The notes under the pieces are model-generated. The model did not search any database and was not told where the DNA came from. It saw only the letters and a program-made list of their open reading frames with translations. The position numbers and the translations under genes were made by a program. DNA of 64,000 bases, taken from contig JAYWEM010000001.1 in assembly GCA_043779265.1 (NCBI GenBank), positions 11,554-75,553 on the forward strand. The letters run 5' to 3'. Shown piece by piece: positions 27,904-37,059 of the stretch; within the stretch, counting starts at the first letter, position 1, and each line of letters opens with the position of its first letter. The DNA is from a bacterium. GTDB lineage: Bacteria > Eisenbacteria > RBG-16-71-46.

Positions 27904-30237
27904 CTAGCCCGAGTGCCGAAGCATCTCGAGCATCGCAGCGGCCGTCTGGGGACGGTCGTCCGCGAAGCGCGACATGGAACGCATGACGATCTCGTTGACC
28001 CCGGCCGGGATGCCAGCGGCGACCTGGTCGAGCGCCGGGACATCGGCCTCGAGGTGCTGGAACAGCACGTTCACGGCGTTCGCGCCGGCGAATGGCTGCT
28101 TCCCCGACAACATCTCGTAGAGCACGATTCCGAGCGAGTAGAGATCCGAACGCGCATCGATCTCGTGGCCGGTGATCTGCTCGGGTGAGATGTACTCGGG
28201 CGTGCCCACCAGGATGCCGCTCTGGGTCAGGCGCGAGCGCGAACTCTGCGAGACGGCTGCGAGGCCGAAGTCGACGATCTTGGCCGTGTCGAGCTTGTCG
28301 ATGAGCAGGTTGGCGGGCTTGATGTCGCGATGGATGATCCCCAGCGCGTGCGCCGCGGTCAGTCCCTCGAGCACCTGGTCGGCGATGTGCAGCACGCGCG
28401 CCACCGGCATGGGCCCGTCCTGCCGCAGTGCGGTGCCCAGATCGCGTCCATCGAAGTGCTCCATCGAGATCGCGTGCGCGCCGCGCAGATCGAGCAGGTC
28501 GTGGATGCGGATGACGTTGGAGTGCGTGATGCGCCGCGTCAGTTTCAGTTCCTGCACGAAGCGCTTGATCATCGCCTCGTCCATCGACAGCTGCGGGCTG
28601 AGGATCTTGAGCACCAGTTCCTCGCGCACCACGGTGTCCTCGACGAGGTACACGGTTCCGAATCCACCGCCGCCGATCCGCTGCAGCACTCGGAAGCGCT
28701 CGATGAGCACGGTACCCGGCTCGAGGCGCTGGAAGTGGAGCGTGCGATGCGAATCCTGATGGACGCCTTCGACACCGGCGCTCGGTGTTCCGCGCTTGGA
28801 GCCCGAGTCGGATCGACCGGTGTCCGGCCCGTAACTGCCGCGGACTTCCAGCGGCATCGGGTTGCTGCCACTGCCCCCGGCACCGGCCTCCCGCAGCGTG
28901 TCGAGCAGCGTGGTGCGCTCGCTGTCCGGCAGTTCCATCTTCGACATGCTCGACAGCGCGTGCAGCGCCTCGCGTCGGATCTCGCTGCTATCGGATCGCG
29001 CCAGCTGGCAGATGGGCTCGACCGCGCGGACGTCCGCGAGCTTCGCCAGGGCACGGATGCAGAGCGGAATGGCGCGCGTGTCACGGTGCAGCAGGTGGAG
29101 CAGTGGCTCGACGGCACGGTTGTCGCCCGTCTTGGCCAGAGCGTCGATGGCGCGCTCGCGCACCCACCAGTCGGGATCTTGGAGCGCGTCGATCAGCGCC
29201 GGGACCGCGCGCTTGTCCGGCACGGTGTTGAGGATCTCGACGGCGTAGCGCCGAACGAAATCATCGCCGTCGCGCACCAGCCCGATCACGGCCTCCACGA
29301 CGCGCGTGCCGCCCAGGGTGCCCAGGGCATCGGCGGCGCGAACGCGCACCCACCAGTCCTGGTCGCGCAGGGCCGAGACGAGGTCCTTGATGGCATCGAC
29401 GGTGACGACCTGATTGAGCACCTCGACCGCGCTGCGGCGCACGTATTCCGAGTCATCCTTCAGGGCATCGAGCAGGTGGGGCACGGCGTTGACGTCGCCG
29501 ACCGCGATCAACGTCTCGATGCTGGCGTTCTGCACCTTCATGTCGGAGTCACGCAGCATGCCACACAGGGCCGGGACGGCTGACGTGGCCTTGAGCTGCC
29601 CGAGCGCCTTGACCGCCTCGAGCCGCACCGCCGCCGTGGGGTCGGTGAGTCGTCCCGTCAGCGCCTGGATCGACTCGGGCGTGTCGAATCGGCCGAGCAG
29701 CCGCGAGAGATGCAGCCGCAGCCACCAGTCGTCGTTCGAGAGATAGGCTGCGGCATCGCGAACGATGGTGGCGTCGGCGCTGCGCTCGATCAAGCGGAAG
29801 ACGCTGCCACGGGCATCCTTCGTCAGCTCGGGCAGGAGGCGGAGCAGCGTGGACGTCTGCACGCGCGGCAGCTGCTCCTGAAGAACCGCTTCGAGACGCG
29901 CCTTGCTGACGCGCGAATCGGCGAACAGCGGCAGCAGCTCCGTCGGCTCGTAGTGCTCACCCGCTGCGAGGGCGCGGGTCGCGGCCTCGGCGACCGGAGC
30001 GCTCTGGGAGCGTAGCGCCTCGACGTAGTGCGACAGCGTCTCCTTCGTCAGCAGCCGGCCGAGGACGAACTGCAGCGAGTCCAAGCTGGCACCACCCTGA
30101 GCCGCGTCGAACAGCGACTTGATCGCGGATCCGCCCAGCGTCAACAGGTGCTCCTCCGCCGCTCGCGCCTCCGACTCATCCGTCGAGGCGAGGCGGCGAA
30201 CGAGGTGTCCGGCCTGGAAGCGCTTGAGGAGGTCCAT
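27904..30237 (-). CDS. Ser/Thr protein kinase with N-terminal HEAT (PBS-lyase-like) repeat array
   Basis: About 10 HEAT-like repeats ('DPDWWVRERAIDALAKTGD...'). C-terminal Hanks kinase: 'GGGGFGTVYL', 'VLK', 'HRDIKPANLL', 'DFGLA', 'GTPEYISPE'. Confidence 0.8.
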   Translation of the reverse strand: MDLLKRFQAGHLVRRLASTDESEARAAEEHLLTLGGSAIKSLFDAAQGGASLDSLQFVLGRLLTKETLSHYVEALRSQSAPVAEAATRALAAGEHYEPTELLPLFADSRVSKARLEAVLQEQLPRVQTSTLLRLLPELTKDARGSVFRLIERSADATIVRDAAAYLSNDDWWLRLHLSRLLGRFDTPESIQALTGRLTDPTAAVRLEAVKALGQLKATSAVPALCGMLRDSDMKVQNASIETLIAVGDVNAVPHLLDALKDDSEYVRRSAVEVLNQVVTVDAIKDLVSALRDQDWWVRVRAADALGTLGGTRVVEAVIGLVRDGDDFVRRYAVEILNTVPDKRAVPALIDALQDPDWWVRERAIDALAKTGDNRAVEPLLHLLHRDTRAIPLCIRALAKLADVRAVEPICQLARSDSSEIRREALHALSSMSKMELPDSERTTLLDTLREAGAGGSGSNPMPLEVRGSYGPDTGRSDSGSKRGTPSAGVEGVHQDSHRTLHFQRLEPGTVLIERFRVLQRIGGGGFGTVYLVEDTVVREELVLKILSPQLSMDEAMIKRFVQELKLTRRITHSNVIRIHDLLDLRGAHAISMEHFDGRDLGTALRQDGPMPVARVLHIADQVLEGLTAAHALGIIHRDIKPANLLIDKLDTAKIVDFGLAAVSQSSRSRLTQSGILVGTPEYISPEQITGHEIDARSDLYSLGIVLYEMLSGKQPFAGANAVNVLFQHLEADVPALDQVAAGIPAGVNEIVMRSMSRFADDRPQTAAAMLEMLRHSG

Positions 30238-30267
30238 CGAGTGGTCATCCCCTCCCTGGGGGTCGGC

Positions 30268-30900
30268 TCAGCGGGGAAGCAGCAGGTACATGGCTCCAGC
30301 GCCCAGTAAGGCGCCGAGCAGGAAGGTCACGACCAACGTGGAAGTCGAGCTCGACGCGGACGGCGCCGCCGATGTCGAGACCGAACCCGAACCCGAACCC
30401 ATGGCCGATGTTGCGGTGGGAGCCTGAGCCGTCGAGGCGATCGGCAGCGGCGGGGGTGGGGAGCTCTCCTTCTCGCGCTGCGTCTCGAGCAGATGCCCGA
30501 GCTCGGTGCGCGACAGGATGACCGTGTGCTGCTCGGCGTCCGACGGGCGGCGCGCATCCGCGGCCAGTGTCCGGCGATCGATCTCATAGCCGACCCACAG
30601 CGTGTACTTGCCGAAACGGACCACGTCGTTGTTGCGGACCACGGCCGTGTTGACCGCCTGGTCGTTCACGAACGTGCCGTTGGCGCTGCCCAGATCGACG
30701 ACCTGGTAGTCGCCATTGGACGTGCGCTCCATGCGGAAGTGGTCACGCGAGATGCCGGGATTGTCGACGAACACGTCGGCCGCGGGATCGCGTCCCACGC
30801 TGACGACCTGCTTGTCGAACGTGAAGTTGCGCACGGGGCGCCCCATCAGGGACAGGCGCAACTTGAGGAGCTGGGGTTCGGACATGGCGTCCTCCGACAC
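30268..30900 (-). CDS. FHA-domain protein with C-terminal membrane anchor
   Basis: FHA core 'VSVGRDPAADVFVDNPGISRDHFRM...GSANGTFVN'. Ser/Thr/Ala-rich linker, then a C-terminal TM helix. Start may be the ATG at 30885. Confidence 0.75.
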   Translation of the reverse strand: MSEDAMSEPQLLKLRLSLMGRPVRNFTFDKQVVSVGRDPAADVFVDNPGISRDHFRMERTSNGDYQVVDLGSANGTFVNDQAVNTAVVRNNDVVRFGKYTLWVGYEIDRRTLAADARRPSDAEQHTVILSRTELGHLLETQREKESSPPPPLPIASTAQAPTATSAMGSGSGSVSTSAAPSASSSTSTLVVTFLLGALLGAGAMYLLLPR

Positions 30901-31156
30901 GGGTTTCCGAGAGGCCGCCCGTCATCAAGAGCGAGACGGGGCGGTCCTGTTCCTTGGGCTCATCGGCGCATCGAGAGTTCGACTTGACTGCGATTTGCAC
31001 GCTTGAGCGGATGGGCCGGGAAGCGGGAGGTGCGCGCCGGTGCGCCCGGGTCGGGCGTCGGTCGGCCTGTGGGCCCCGGTGGTTCGGCCGCTCCGGCACC
31101 TCGTGCTAGCGTCGCCCGACCTCAGTGCCGAGATCCCCAACCGCGTCGGAGGCCTC

Positions 31157-33637
31157 ATGCCGTCCAAGTCGTTCCTGCGGTGCATCCTCGCTGGCTCGCT
31201 CCTGATCCTCGTGCCGGTCGCCTCGGCCGATCCGCGGCCGCCCGCGGCGCTCGACGCCTCGCAGATGCGTCTGGCGCTCCAGCGACTCCAGGTCGCGGGC
31301 AGTGCGCTCTACGTGGCCGCCCACCCGGATGACGAGAACACCTCGGTCATCACGTGGTTGGTGCAGGGGCGCAAGGTCCGGACCGGCTATCTGTCGATGA
31401 CGCGCGGGGACGGTGGACAGAATCTCATCGGATCCGAACTGGGCGACGGGCTCGGCGTGATCCGGACCCAGGAACTCCTGGCCGCGCGGCGTGTCGACGG
31501 TGGTGAGCAGTTGTTCACGCGGGCGGTCGACTTCGGGTTCTCCAAGAACTCGGAGGAGACCATGGAGATGTGGGGCCATGAGGCGCTTCTGTCCGACGTG
31601 GTCTGGGCCATCCGTCGATTCCGTCCGGATGTGCTCATCACCCGATTCCCACCCGATTCGAATGCGGGCCACGGGCACCACAGCGCGAGCGCGCAGCTCG
31701 CCGAGGAGGCGTTCTTGGCGGCGGCGGACCCCAAGCGCTTCCCGGAGCAACTGGCGCATGTGAAGCCCTGGCAGGCGAAACGCCTCGTGTGGAATGCCTT
31801 TGTGCGCGGTAGCACCGTGCTCGATCCGAGTTGGCTGCGGATCGATGTCGGCGCCTACGATCCGTTGCTCGGCCGCTCGTTCAGCGAGTTCGCCGGCGTC
31901 AGCCGCAGCTTCCATAAGAGTCAGGGTTTCGGCGCGCCCGAGCGCCGCGGCGTTCTGCCCAACTACTTCGCTCACAAGTTGGGCGAAGCGGCCAGCGCTG
32001 ATCTGTTCGATGGGGTGGACCTGACGTGGCGGCGATTCCCGGGCGGCGAGCGCGTGCAGGCGGCGCTCGCCGAGGCCGAGAAGCGCTACGATCCGACGCG
32101 GCCGCAGGCGATCCTCCCGTTCCTCGCCAAGGCGCACACCGCGCTCGCCTCACTTCCGGCCGGTGACCCGCTGGTCGAGGCTCGATGCGCCGAACTGGAG
32201 CACGTCATGGCCAGCTGCGCCGGGCTGTGGGTCGAGGCCATCGCGCTTCATGGCACGGCGATCCCCGGGTCGCCGCTTCGGGTCATGACCTCGGTGCTGC
32301 AGCGCGTCGAGACCCCGGTGGTCGTCGAGTCGGTCGAACTCGCGGGGAAGAAGATCCCCGCTGCGCGAACGCTGAGTCCCGGCCTCGCCTTGAATGACAC
32401 GCTGCAGATCCGCGTTCCCGTGGACCAGGCGCCGAGTCAGCCCTACTGGTTGGCACGGCCCTACCGAGGCGGCCGCTTCGATGTGGAGCCTCCGCTGTCG
32501 ATCGGGCTGGCCGAGAATCCTGCGGCGCTGACCGCGCGCATCCGCGTGAGGCTCGGCGAGGTCTCCTTCACGATCGAGCGAGGGGTCGCCTTCCGCTGGG
32601 TCGATCCGGTGCTGGGGGAGCGCTGGCGCGCGCTCGACGTGGCTCCGCCGGCGACGCTCGCACTCGACGAGGAGGCCTATCTGTTCCCCGATCGGGCCGC
32701 GCGCAATGTCGCAGTGACCGTGACGGCGCAGCGGGCCGGAGTCTCCGGAACGCTCGGGCTCAGCCTGCCCGAGGGTTGGACCAGTGTTCCCGCAACGGTT
32801 CCCGTCTCGATCGCGAAGGAGGCCGGCGAATCGCGCTTCGTGTTCCAGGTGACGCCGGCCGCCTCGGCGAGCGCCTCGCGGATCGTGGCCGCGATCGAGG
32901 TCGACGGCCGCAGCTGGTCGCACTCCCGCGTCACGATCGACCACCCGCACATCCCGCGGCAGACGCTCTTCCCGCCGGCGGATGCCCCGGCCGTGCGCAC
33001 GGATCTCGTTCGCCGCGGCGAGCGGATCGGCTACGTCATGGGCTCGGGCGACGTCGGCCCCATGGCACTGCGCCAAATGGGCTATCAGGTCACGCTGCTC
33101 TCCGATGCCGACTTGGAGAGCGCGGATCTCAGCCGCTTCGATGCGATCGTCACCGGCGTGCGCGCGCTCAACACGCGCTCGCGGTTGCGGGCACTGCAGC
33201 CGCGTCTGCTCGACTATGCTGAACAGGGCGGCACGTTGGTCGTGCAGTACGTGACCACGTCCGATGGTCCGGTCGAGAATCTCGGACCCTTCCCGTTCCG
33301 TGTCTCGCGTGATCGCGTCACGGTCGAAGCGGCCCCGGTTCGCTTCGCGCGCCCGGGCCACGCGCTGCTGAGCGGACCGAACGTCCTCGGCGCGGCCGAC
33401 TTCGAGGGCTGGGTGCAGGAGCGCGGGCTCTACTTCGCCAATCCCTGGGACCCGCGCTACGACGCGGTGCTGTCCTCGAACGATCCCCATGAACCCGCGC
33501 GTGACGGTGGACTGCTCTATGCGCGGCACGGCAAGGGGCAGTTCATCTACTGCGGCTATGCGCTCTTCCGTCAGTTGCCCGCAGGCGTCCCCGGAGCCTG
33601 GCGACTGTTCGCGAATCTCGTGAGCCCACGGCCGTGA
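31157..33637 (+). CDS. PIG-L/LmbE-family deacetylase with large C-terminal extension, secreted
   Basis: Signal peptide, then 'LYVAAHPDDEN' and 'GHGHH' (PIG-L metal-binding motifs), then ~550 aa of uncharacterised beta-rich sequence. Confidence 0.7.
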   Translation: MPSKSFLRCILAGSLLILVPVASADPRPPAALDASQMRLALQRLQVAGSALYVAAHPDDENTSVITWLVQGRKVRTGYLSMTRGDGGQNLIGSELGDGLGVIRTQELLAARRVDGGEQLFTRAVDFGFSKNSEETMEMWGHEALLSDVVWAIRRFRPDVLITRFPPDSNAGHGHHSASAQLAEEAFLAAADPKRFPEQLAHVKPWQAKRLVWNAFVRGSTVLDPSWLRIDVGAYDPLLGRSFSEFAGVSRSFHKSQGFGAPERRGVLPNYFAHKLGEAASADLFDGVDLTWRRFPGGERVQAALAEAEKRYDPTRPQAILPFLAKAHTALASLPAGDPLVEARCAELEHVMASCAGLWVEAIALHGTAIPGSPLRVMTSVLQRVETPVVVESVELAGKKIPAARTLSPGLALNDTLQIRVPVDQAPSQPYWLARPYRGGRFDVEPPLSIGLAENPAALTARIRVRLGEVSFTIERGVAFRWVDPVLGERWRALDVAPPATLALDEEAYLFPDRAARNVAVTVTAQRAGVSGTLGLSLPEGWTSVPATVPVSIAKEAGESRFVFQVTPAASASASRIVAAIEVDGRSWSHSRVTIDHPHIPRQTLFPPADAPAVRTDLVRRGERIGYVMGSGDVGPMALRQMGYQVTLLSDADLESADLSRFDAIVTGVRALNTRSRLRALQPRLLDYAEQGGTLVVQYVTTSDGPVENLGPFPFRVSRDRVTVEAAPVRFARPGHALLSGPNVLGAADFEGWVQERGLYFANPWDPRYDAVLSSNDPHEPARDGGLLYARHGKGQFIYCGYALFRQLPAGVPGAWRLFANLVSPRP

Positions 33638-33780
33638 GCGAGCGGAGCCGTGAGGAGGCGGCCGAGGTCGATCCGCCACCGCCCATCCTGGGGCGCTGGA
33701 GTCGCCTCTACGCCGTGGTGCTTGCGGTGCTCGCCGCGACGATCGTGCTGATGGGTTGGGTGACGGAGCGCTTCCGATGA
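33634..33780 (+). CDS. 48-aa single-TM micro-protein coupled to the symporter (possible symporter small subunit)
   Basis: Hand translation 'VSERSREEAAEVDPPPPILGRWSRLYAVVLAVLAATIVLMGWVTERFR*'. GTG start overlaps the PIG-L stop (GTGA) and its TGA overlaps the symporter ATG (ATGA). Below the ORF-track size cutoff. Confidence 0.3.
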   Translation: MSERSREEAAEVDPPPPILGRWSRLYAVVLAVLAATIVLMGWVTERFR

Positions 33781-35477
33781 ACGCGCTCGACTGGGGCGTG
33801 CTGGTCACGACGCTCGCTCTGTTCGTCGGCTACGGTGTGTGGCGCAGTCGCGAGACCCGCGATCTCACCGGCTATCTCGTGGCCGGCCGGCAGATGCCGT
33901 GGCCGATGGTGCTCCTGTCGGTGATGGCGACTCAGGCGAGCGCGGTCACGTTCCTCGCCACGCCGGGCCAGGGCTATGTCGCGGGACTGTCGTTCCTGCA
34001 ATTCTATCTCGGACTGCCGATCGCGATGGTCGTGTTGTCCGCGACGCTCGTGCCGCTCTATCAGCGACTTCGCGTCAAGACCGCCTACGAGTTCCTGGAG
34101 ATGCGTTTCGACGGCAAGACGCGCACGCTGGCCACCGCTCTGTTCCTGACCCAGCGCGGACTCGCCGCCGGCATCACGCTCTATGCGCCGGCGTTGCTGT
34201 TCAGCGTCGTGCTCGGCTGGGACATCCGGTGGACATGCATCGCGATGGGCGTACTGGTCGCGACTTATACCGCCATCGGTGGCTCGCGCGCCGTCGGTCA
34301 CACGCATGCACTCCAGTTCTGCATCATCATGGCGACGCTGGGCGTCGCATTCGCGCTCGTGATGCAGGGCCTGCCGGGTGGCCTCGGATTCGGTGACGCG
34401 CTCGCGGTGGCAGGGCGCGAGGGCAAGCTCAATGCGCTCGACTTCGAGTTCGACCCCACCAGTCGCTACAACGTGTGGGCCGGGCTCATCGGCGGATTCT
34501 TCCTGCAGATGAGCTACTTCGGCACCGACCAGTCGCAGGTCGGACGCCTCCTGACCGCGAAGTCCTCACGCGAGAGTCGCCTCGGGCTGCTGGCGAACGG
34601 GCTGCTCAAGGTGCCGATGCAGGCGTTCATCCTCCTCCTGGGAGTGATGGTCTACGTCGGCCACCAGTTCACGCCCGCCCCGATGTTCGCCAATCCCGCC
34701 GAGGTCACCAAGGTGAGCCAGGGCGCTCACGCGGAGCGCTGGCACGAGGCGGAGCGACAGCACGCCGCGGCCGATGTCGCTCACGGTGCAGCGCTGCAGG
34801 ACTGGCTCGAGGCGCGACGCCAGGGGGATGCGCAGGCCGAGCAGAGTGCCGAGGCGGCGCGCGTCCGCACCCGTGCCGATCGCGAGGCTGCGAGGACCTC
34901 CGCGCTCGGGGCGCTCAAGGACACGGACCCCGCCGCCAACACGAACGACACCAACCATCGCTTCCTCGTGTTCGTGCTCGGGGCGTTCCCGGCGGGCCTG
35001 ATCGGGCTGATGCTGGCTGCGGTCTTCGCTGCGGCGATGAACGCCACCTCGAGCGAGATCCACGCGCTCACGAGCACGACCATCGTCGATGTGGTCTCGC
35101 GCATCCCCGGCCTGCCGAAGAGCGAGGAGGCCCTGCTGACCTGGTCGAAGTTCGCCGCGCTGTTCTGGGTCGGCTTCGCCGTGCTGTTCGCCGAGAATGC
35201 CGGGCGGGCGGGTTCGCTGGTCGAGGTCGTGAACATCCTCGGCTCGCTGTTCTACGGCACCATCCTCGGCATCTTCCTGAGTGGGTTCTTCCTGCGCCGA
35301 GTCACCGGGACGCACGTCTTCATCGGCGCGATCGTCGCCGAGGTGACGGTCCTCCTGTGCTGGAAGCTCACCCCCATCTCGTTCCTCTGGTACAACCTCG
35401 TCGGTTGCGTCCTGACGATGGGTGTCGCCGCGCTGCTCGCGGCAAGACGCGAGAGTCCGACGCCCGCGTCCGTCTGA
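33777..35477 (+). CDS. sodium:solute symporter family (SSF) transporter
   Basis: 13+ TM helices with SSF-type N-terminal motifs ('GR.MPW', 'TFLATPGQGY') and a hydrophilic insertion loop. Confidence 0.85.
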   Translation: MNALDWGVLVTTLALFVGYGVWRSRETRDLTGYLVAGRQMPWPMVLLSVMATQASAVTFLATPGQGYVAGLSFLQFYLGLPIAMVVLSATLVPLYQRLRVKTAYEFLEMRFDGKTRTLATALFLTQRGLAAGITLYAPALLFSVVLGWDIRWTCIAMGVLVATYTAIGGSRAVGHTHALQFCIIMATLGVAFALVMQGLPGGLGFGDALAVAGREGKLNALDFEFDPTSRYNVWAGLIGGFFLQMSYFGTDQSQVGRLLTAKSSRESRLGLLANGLLKVPMQAFILLLGVMVYVGHQFTPAPMFANPAEVTKVSQGAHAERWHEAERQHAAADVAHGAALQDWLEARRQGDAQAEQSAEAARVRTRADREAARTSALGALKDTDPAANTNDTNHRFLVFVLGAFPAGLIGLMLAAVFAAAMNATSSEIHALTSTTIVDVVSRIPGLPKSEEALLTWSKFAALFWVGFAVLFAENAGRAGSLVEVVNILGSLFYGTILGIFLSGFFLRRVTGTHVFIGAIVAEVTVLLCWKLTPISFLWYNLVGCVLTMGVAALLAARRESPTPASV

Positions 35478-35502
35478 GCGGAGTCGTACGAAGCGAAACG
35501 AA

Positions 35503-35534
35503 ACGGCCGCGGCTCCCGAAAGGGCCGCGGCCGT
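35503..35534. terminator. GC hairpin between convergent genes
   Basis: ACGGCCGCGGC-N10-GCCGCGGCCGT, an 11-bp perfect stem between the symporter stop and the minus-strand gene stop. Coordinates approximate. Confidence 0.4.
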
Positions 35535-35555
35535 TCGCCAGGTGTACCGGTGCCG

Positions 35556-36422
35556 CTACTTCTTCTTCGTCGTCCAGCTCGACAGGTCCTTCTCGTAGGT
35601 GGCGAGCAGGTCCTTGTTGAACTTGGGGTCGGCCTTGGCGATCGAGACCGCCTTGGTCATGTGCGCGACGGCATCCTTGGCGCGCCCGGTCTTGTTGGCC
35701 ACGCGCGCGGAGACGGCCAGCGTGCGCGGGTTCTCCTCGGCCTTGACGGCCGTGGCAGCCCATGCGGTCGCCTCGTCCATCGCCACGTCGGCATCCATGC
35801 ACCACGCGGCCGCACCCATCGGCGTGCGCCAGTCGTCGGCCTTGGCCGCAGCGATGGCCTCACGTGCGGACTTCAGCACCATGCCGTTCACGTCCACCGC
35901 GATCGGCACCGAGACGCGCAGCTTCTCCCAGTGGATCGCGAGCTCGGCGCCCGAGGCGGTCGTGGGGTCGAGCGTGATGGCCATCCACTCCATGTGCGGA
36001 GCCGCGGCCGGGACGACATCGACACGCAGCTGGTCCTCCTCCGGCTTATAGCCGAACGCGCCCCACAGCTCCTTCTGCTTCGAGAACACGACCACCCACT
36101 TGTCCTTGGCCGGAAGCGTCACGATCGCGTAGGTGCCGGCCGGCAGTGTCTGCCCCGCCACCTGGATGTCGGTGCTGGTCACGAACTGCGTGGCCTCATT
36201 GGCGCCGGTGCGCCACGCCTCGCCGTACGGCACGAGCGTTCCCCAGATGGCGCGGTCCTTCACGCCGGGGCGGTGGTAGGTCACGGACAGCTCGGTGATG
36301 CCGATGGTCTGGCTGACCACGTTCTTCTGGCTGGCGCGCGGCAGCTGGAGCTGGGCGTGGGCCGGCGGGACGACACAGGCCAAGGCGAGCGCGACGATTG
36401 CGAGTCGGTGCATGGGGTGCAT
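35556..36422 (-). CDS. secreted DUF2911-like protein
   Basis: Signal peptide 'MHRLAIVALALACVVPPAHA'. The N-terminal ~170 aa match a remembered DUF2911 pattern ('GANEAT.F....D....G..LPAGTY'); TPR-like C-terminus. Assignment is from memory only. Confidence 0.45.
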   Translation of the reverse strand: MHPMHRLAIVALALACVVPPAHAQLQLPRASQKNVVSQTIGITELSVTYHRPGVKDRAIWGTLVPYGEAWRTGANEATQFVTSTDIQVAGQTLPAGTYAIVTLPAKDKWVVVFSKQKELWGAFGYKPEEDQLRVDVVPAAAPHMEWMAITLDPTTASGAELAIHWEKLRVSVPIAVDVNGMVLKSAREAIAAAKADDWRTPMGAAAWCMDADVAMDEATAWAATAVKAEENPRTLAVSARVANKTGRAKDAVAHMTKAVSIAKADPKFNKDLLATYEKDLSSWTTKKK

Positions 36423-36624
36423 GGGACTCCTCATCCGATTGAGTGCGGGCAAAGGGACAGCGCGGGGCACGCGACGTGCATCCACGATCGAAAGACCCCG
36501 CTGAAGCCCTCACGCTAGCAGAAGGTGCACGGTCGAGGGCGGGAACGCGTTGCATTTTGCATGCCCGTGACCCCCGCGGGAGCATTCGCCCACGGGGCCG
36601 CACCTCGCTTCTCTCGCTGGAGGC

Positions 36625-37059
36625 ATGAACATGCTGACCTGGACACTCCTTCTCTGTGGAGCGCTCGGCTCCGACCAGGGAGCGCAGCCGATGCCGCTGC
36701 AGCCAGCGCCCGCCGGCGCGCGTTGCGTCGTGGGCGCTCGCCCGCTCGCCTGGAGCCCATACACGAGCCGAACGGAGTCGGGTATGACGATCGACCTCGA
36801 TCCCGAGGCACGCGTCGCCTCGCCCGAGCGCGCATCCAGCCTGTACTCGCAGCAGGAGTTCGAATCGCTCGGCGACCTTCGCTCCGATGTGATGGCCGAC
36901 GGCTCGCTTCGTCTGGTGCTGGGCGACCGACTCCAGAGCTACAGCGTGCTGCGCGTGGATGGTGCCGGGAAGTTGCGTCTCGACTGCGCTCACAGCGAAC
37001 ACGAGGCCGATCGGATGAGCCGCACCCCGGCACCGGCACGTGCGAGGGAGGACCGATGA
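36625..37059 (+). CDS. small secreted hypothetical protein upstream of and coupled to the metalloprotease
   Basis: Signal peptide 'MNMLTWTLLLCGALGS'. Its stop overlaps the protease ATG (ATGA). No family recognised. Confidence 0.35.
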   Translation: MNMLTWTLLLCGALGSDQGAQPMPLQPAPAGARCVVGARPLAWSPYTSRTESGMTIDLDPEARVASPERASSLYSQQEFESLGDLRSDVMADGSLRLVLGDRLQSYSVLRVDGAGKLRLDCAHSEHEADRMSRTPAPARAREDR

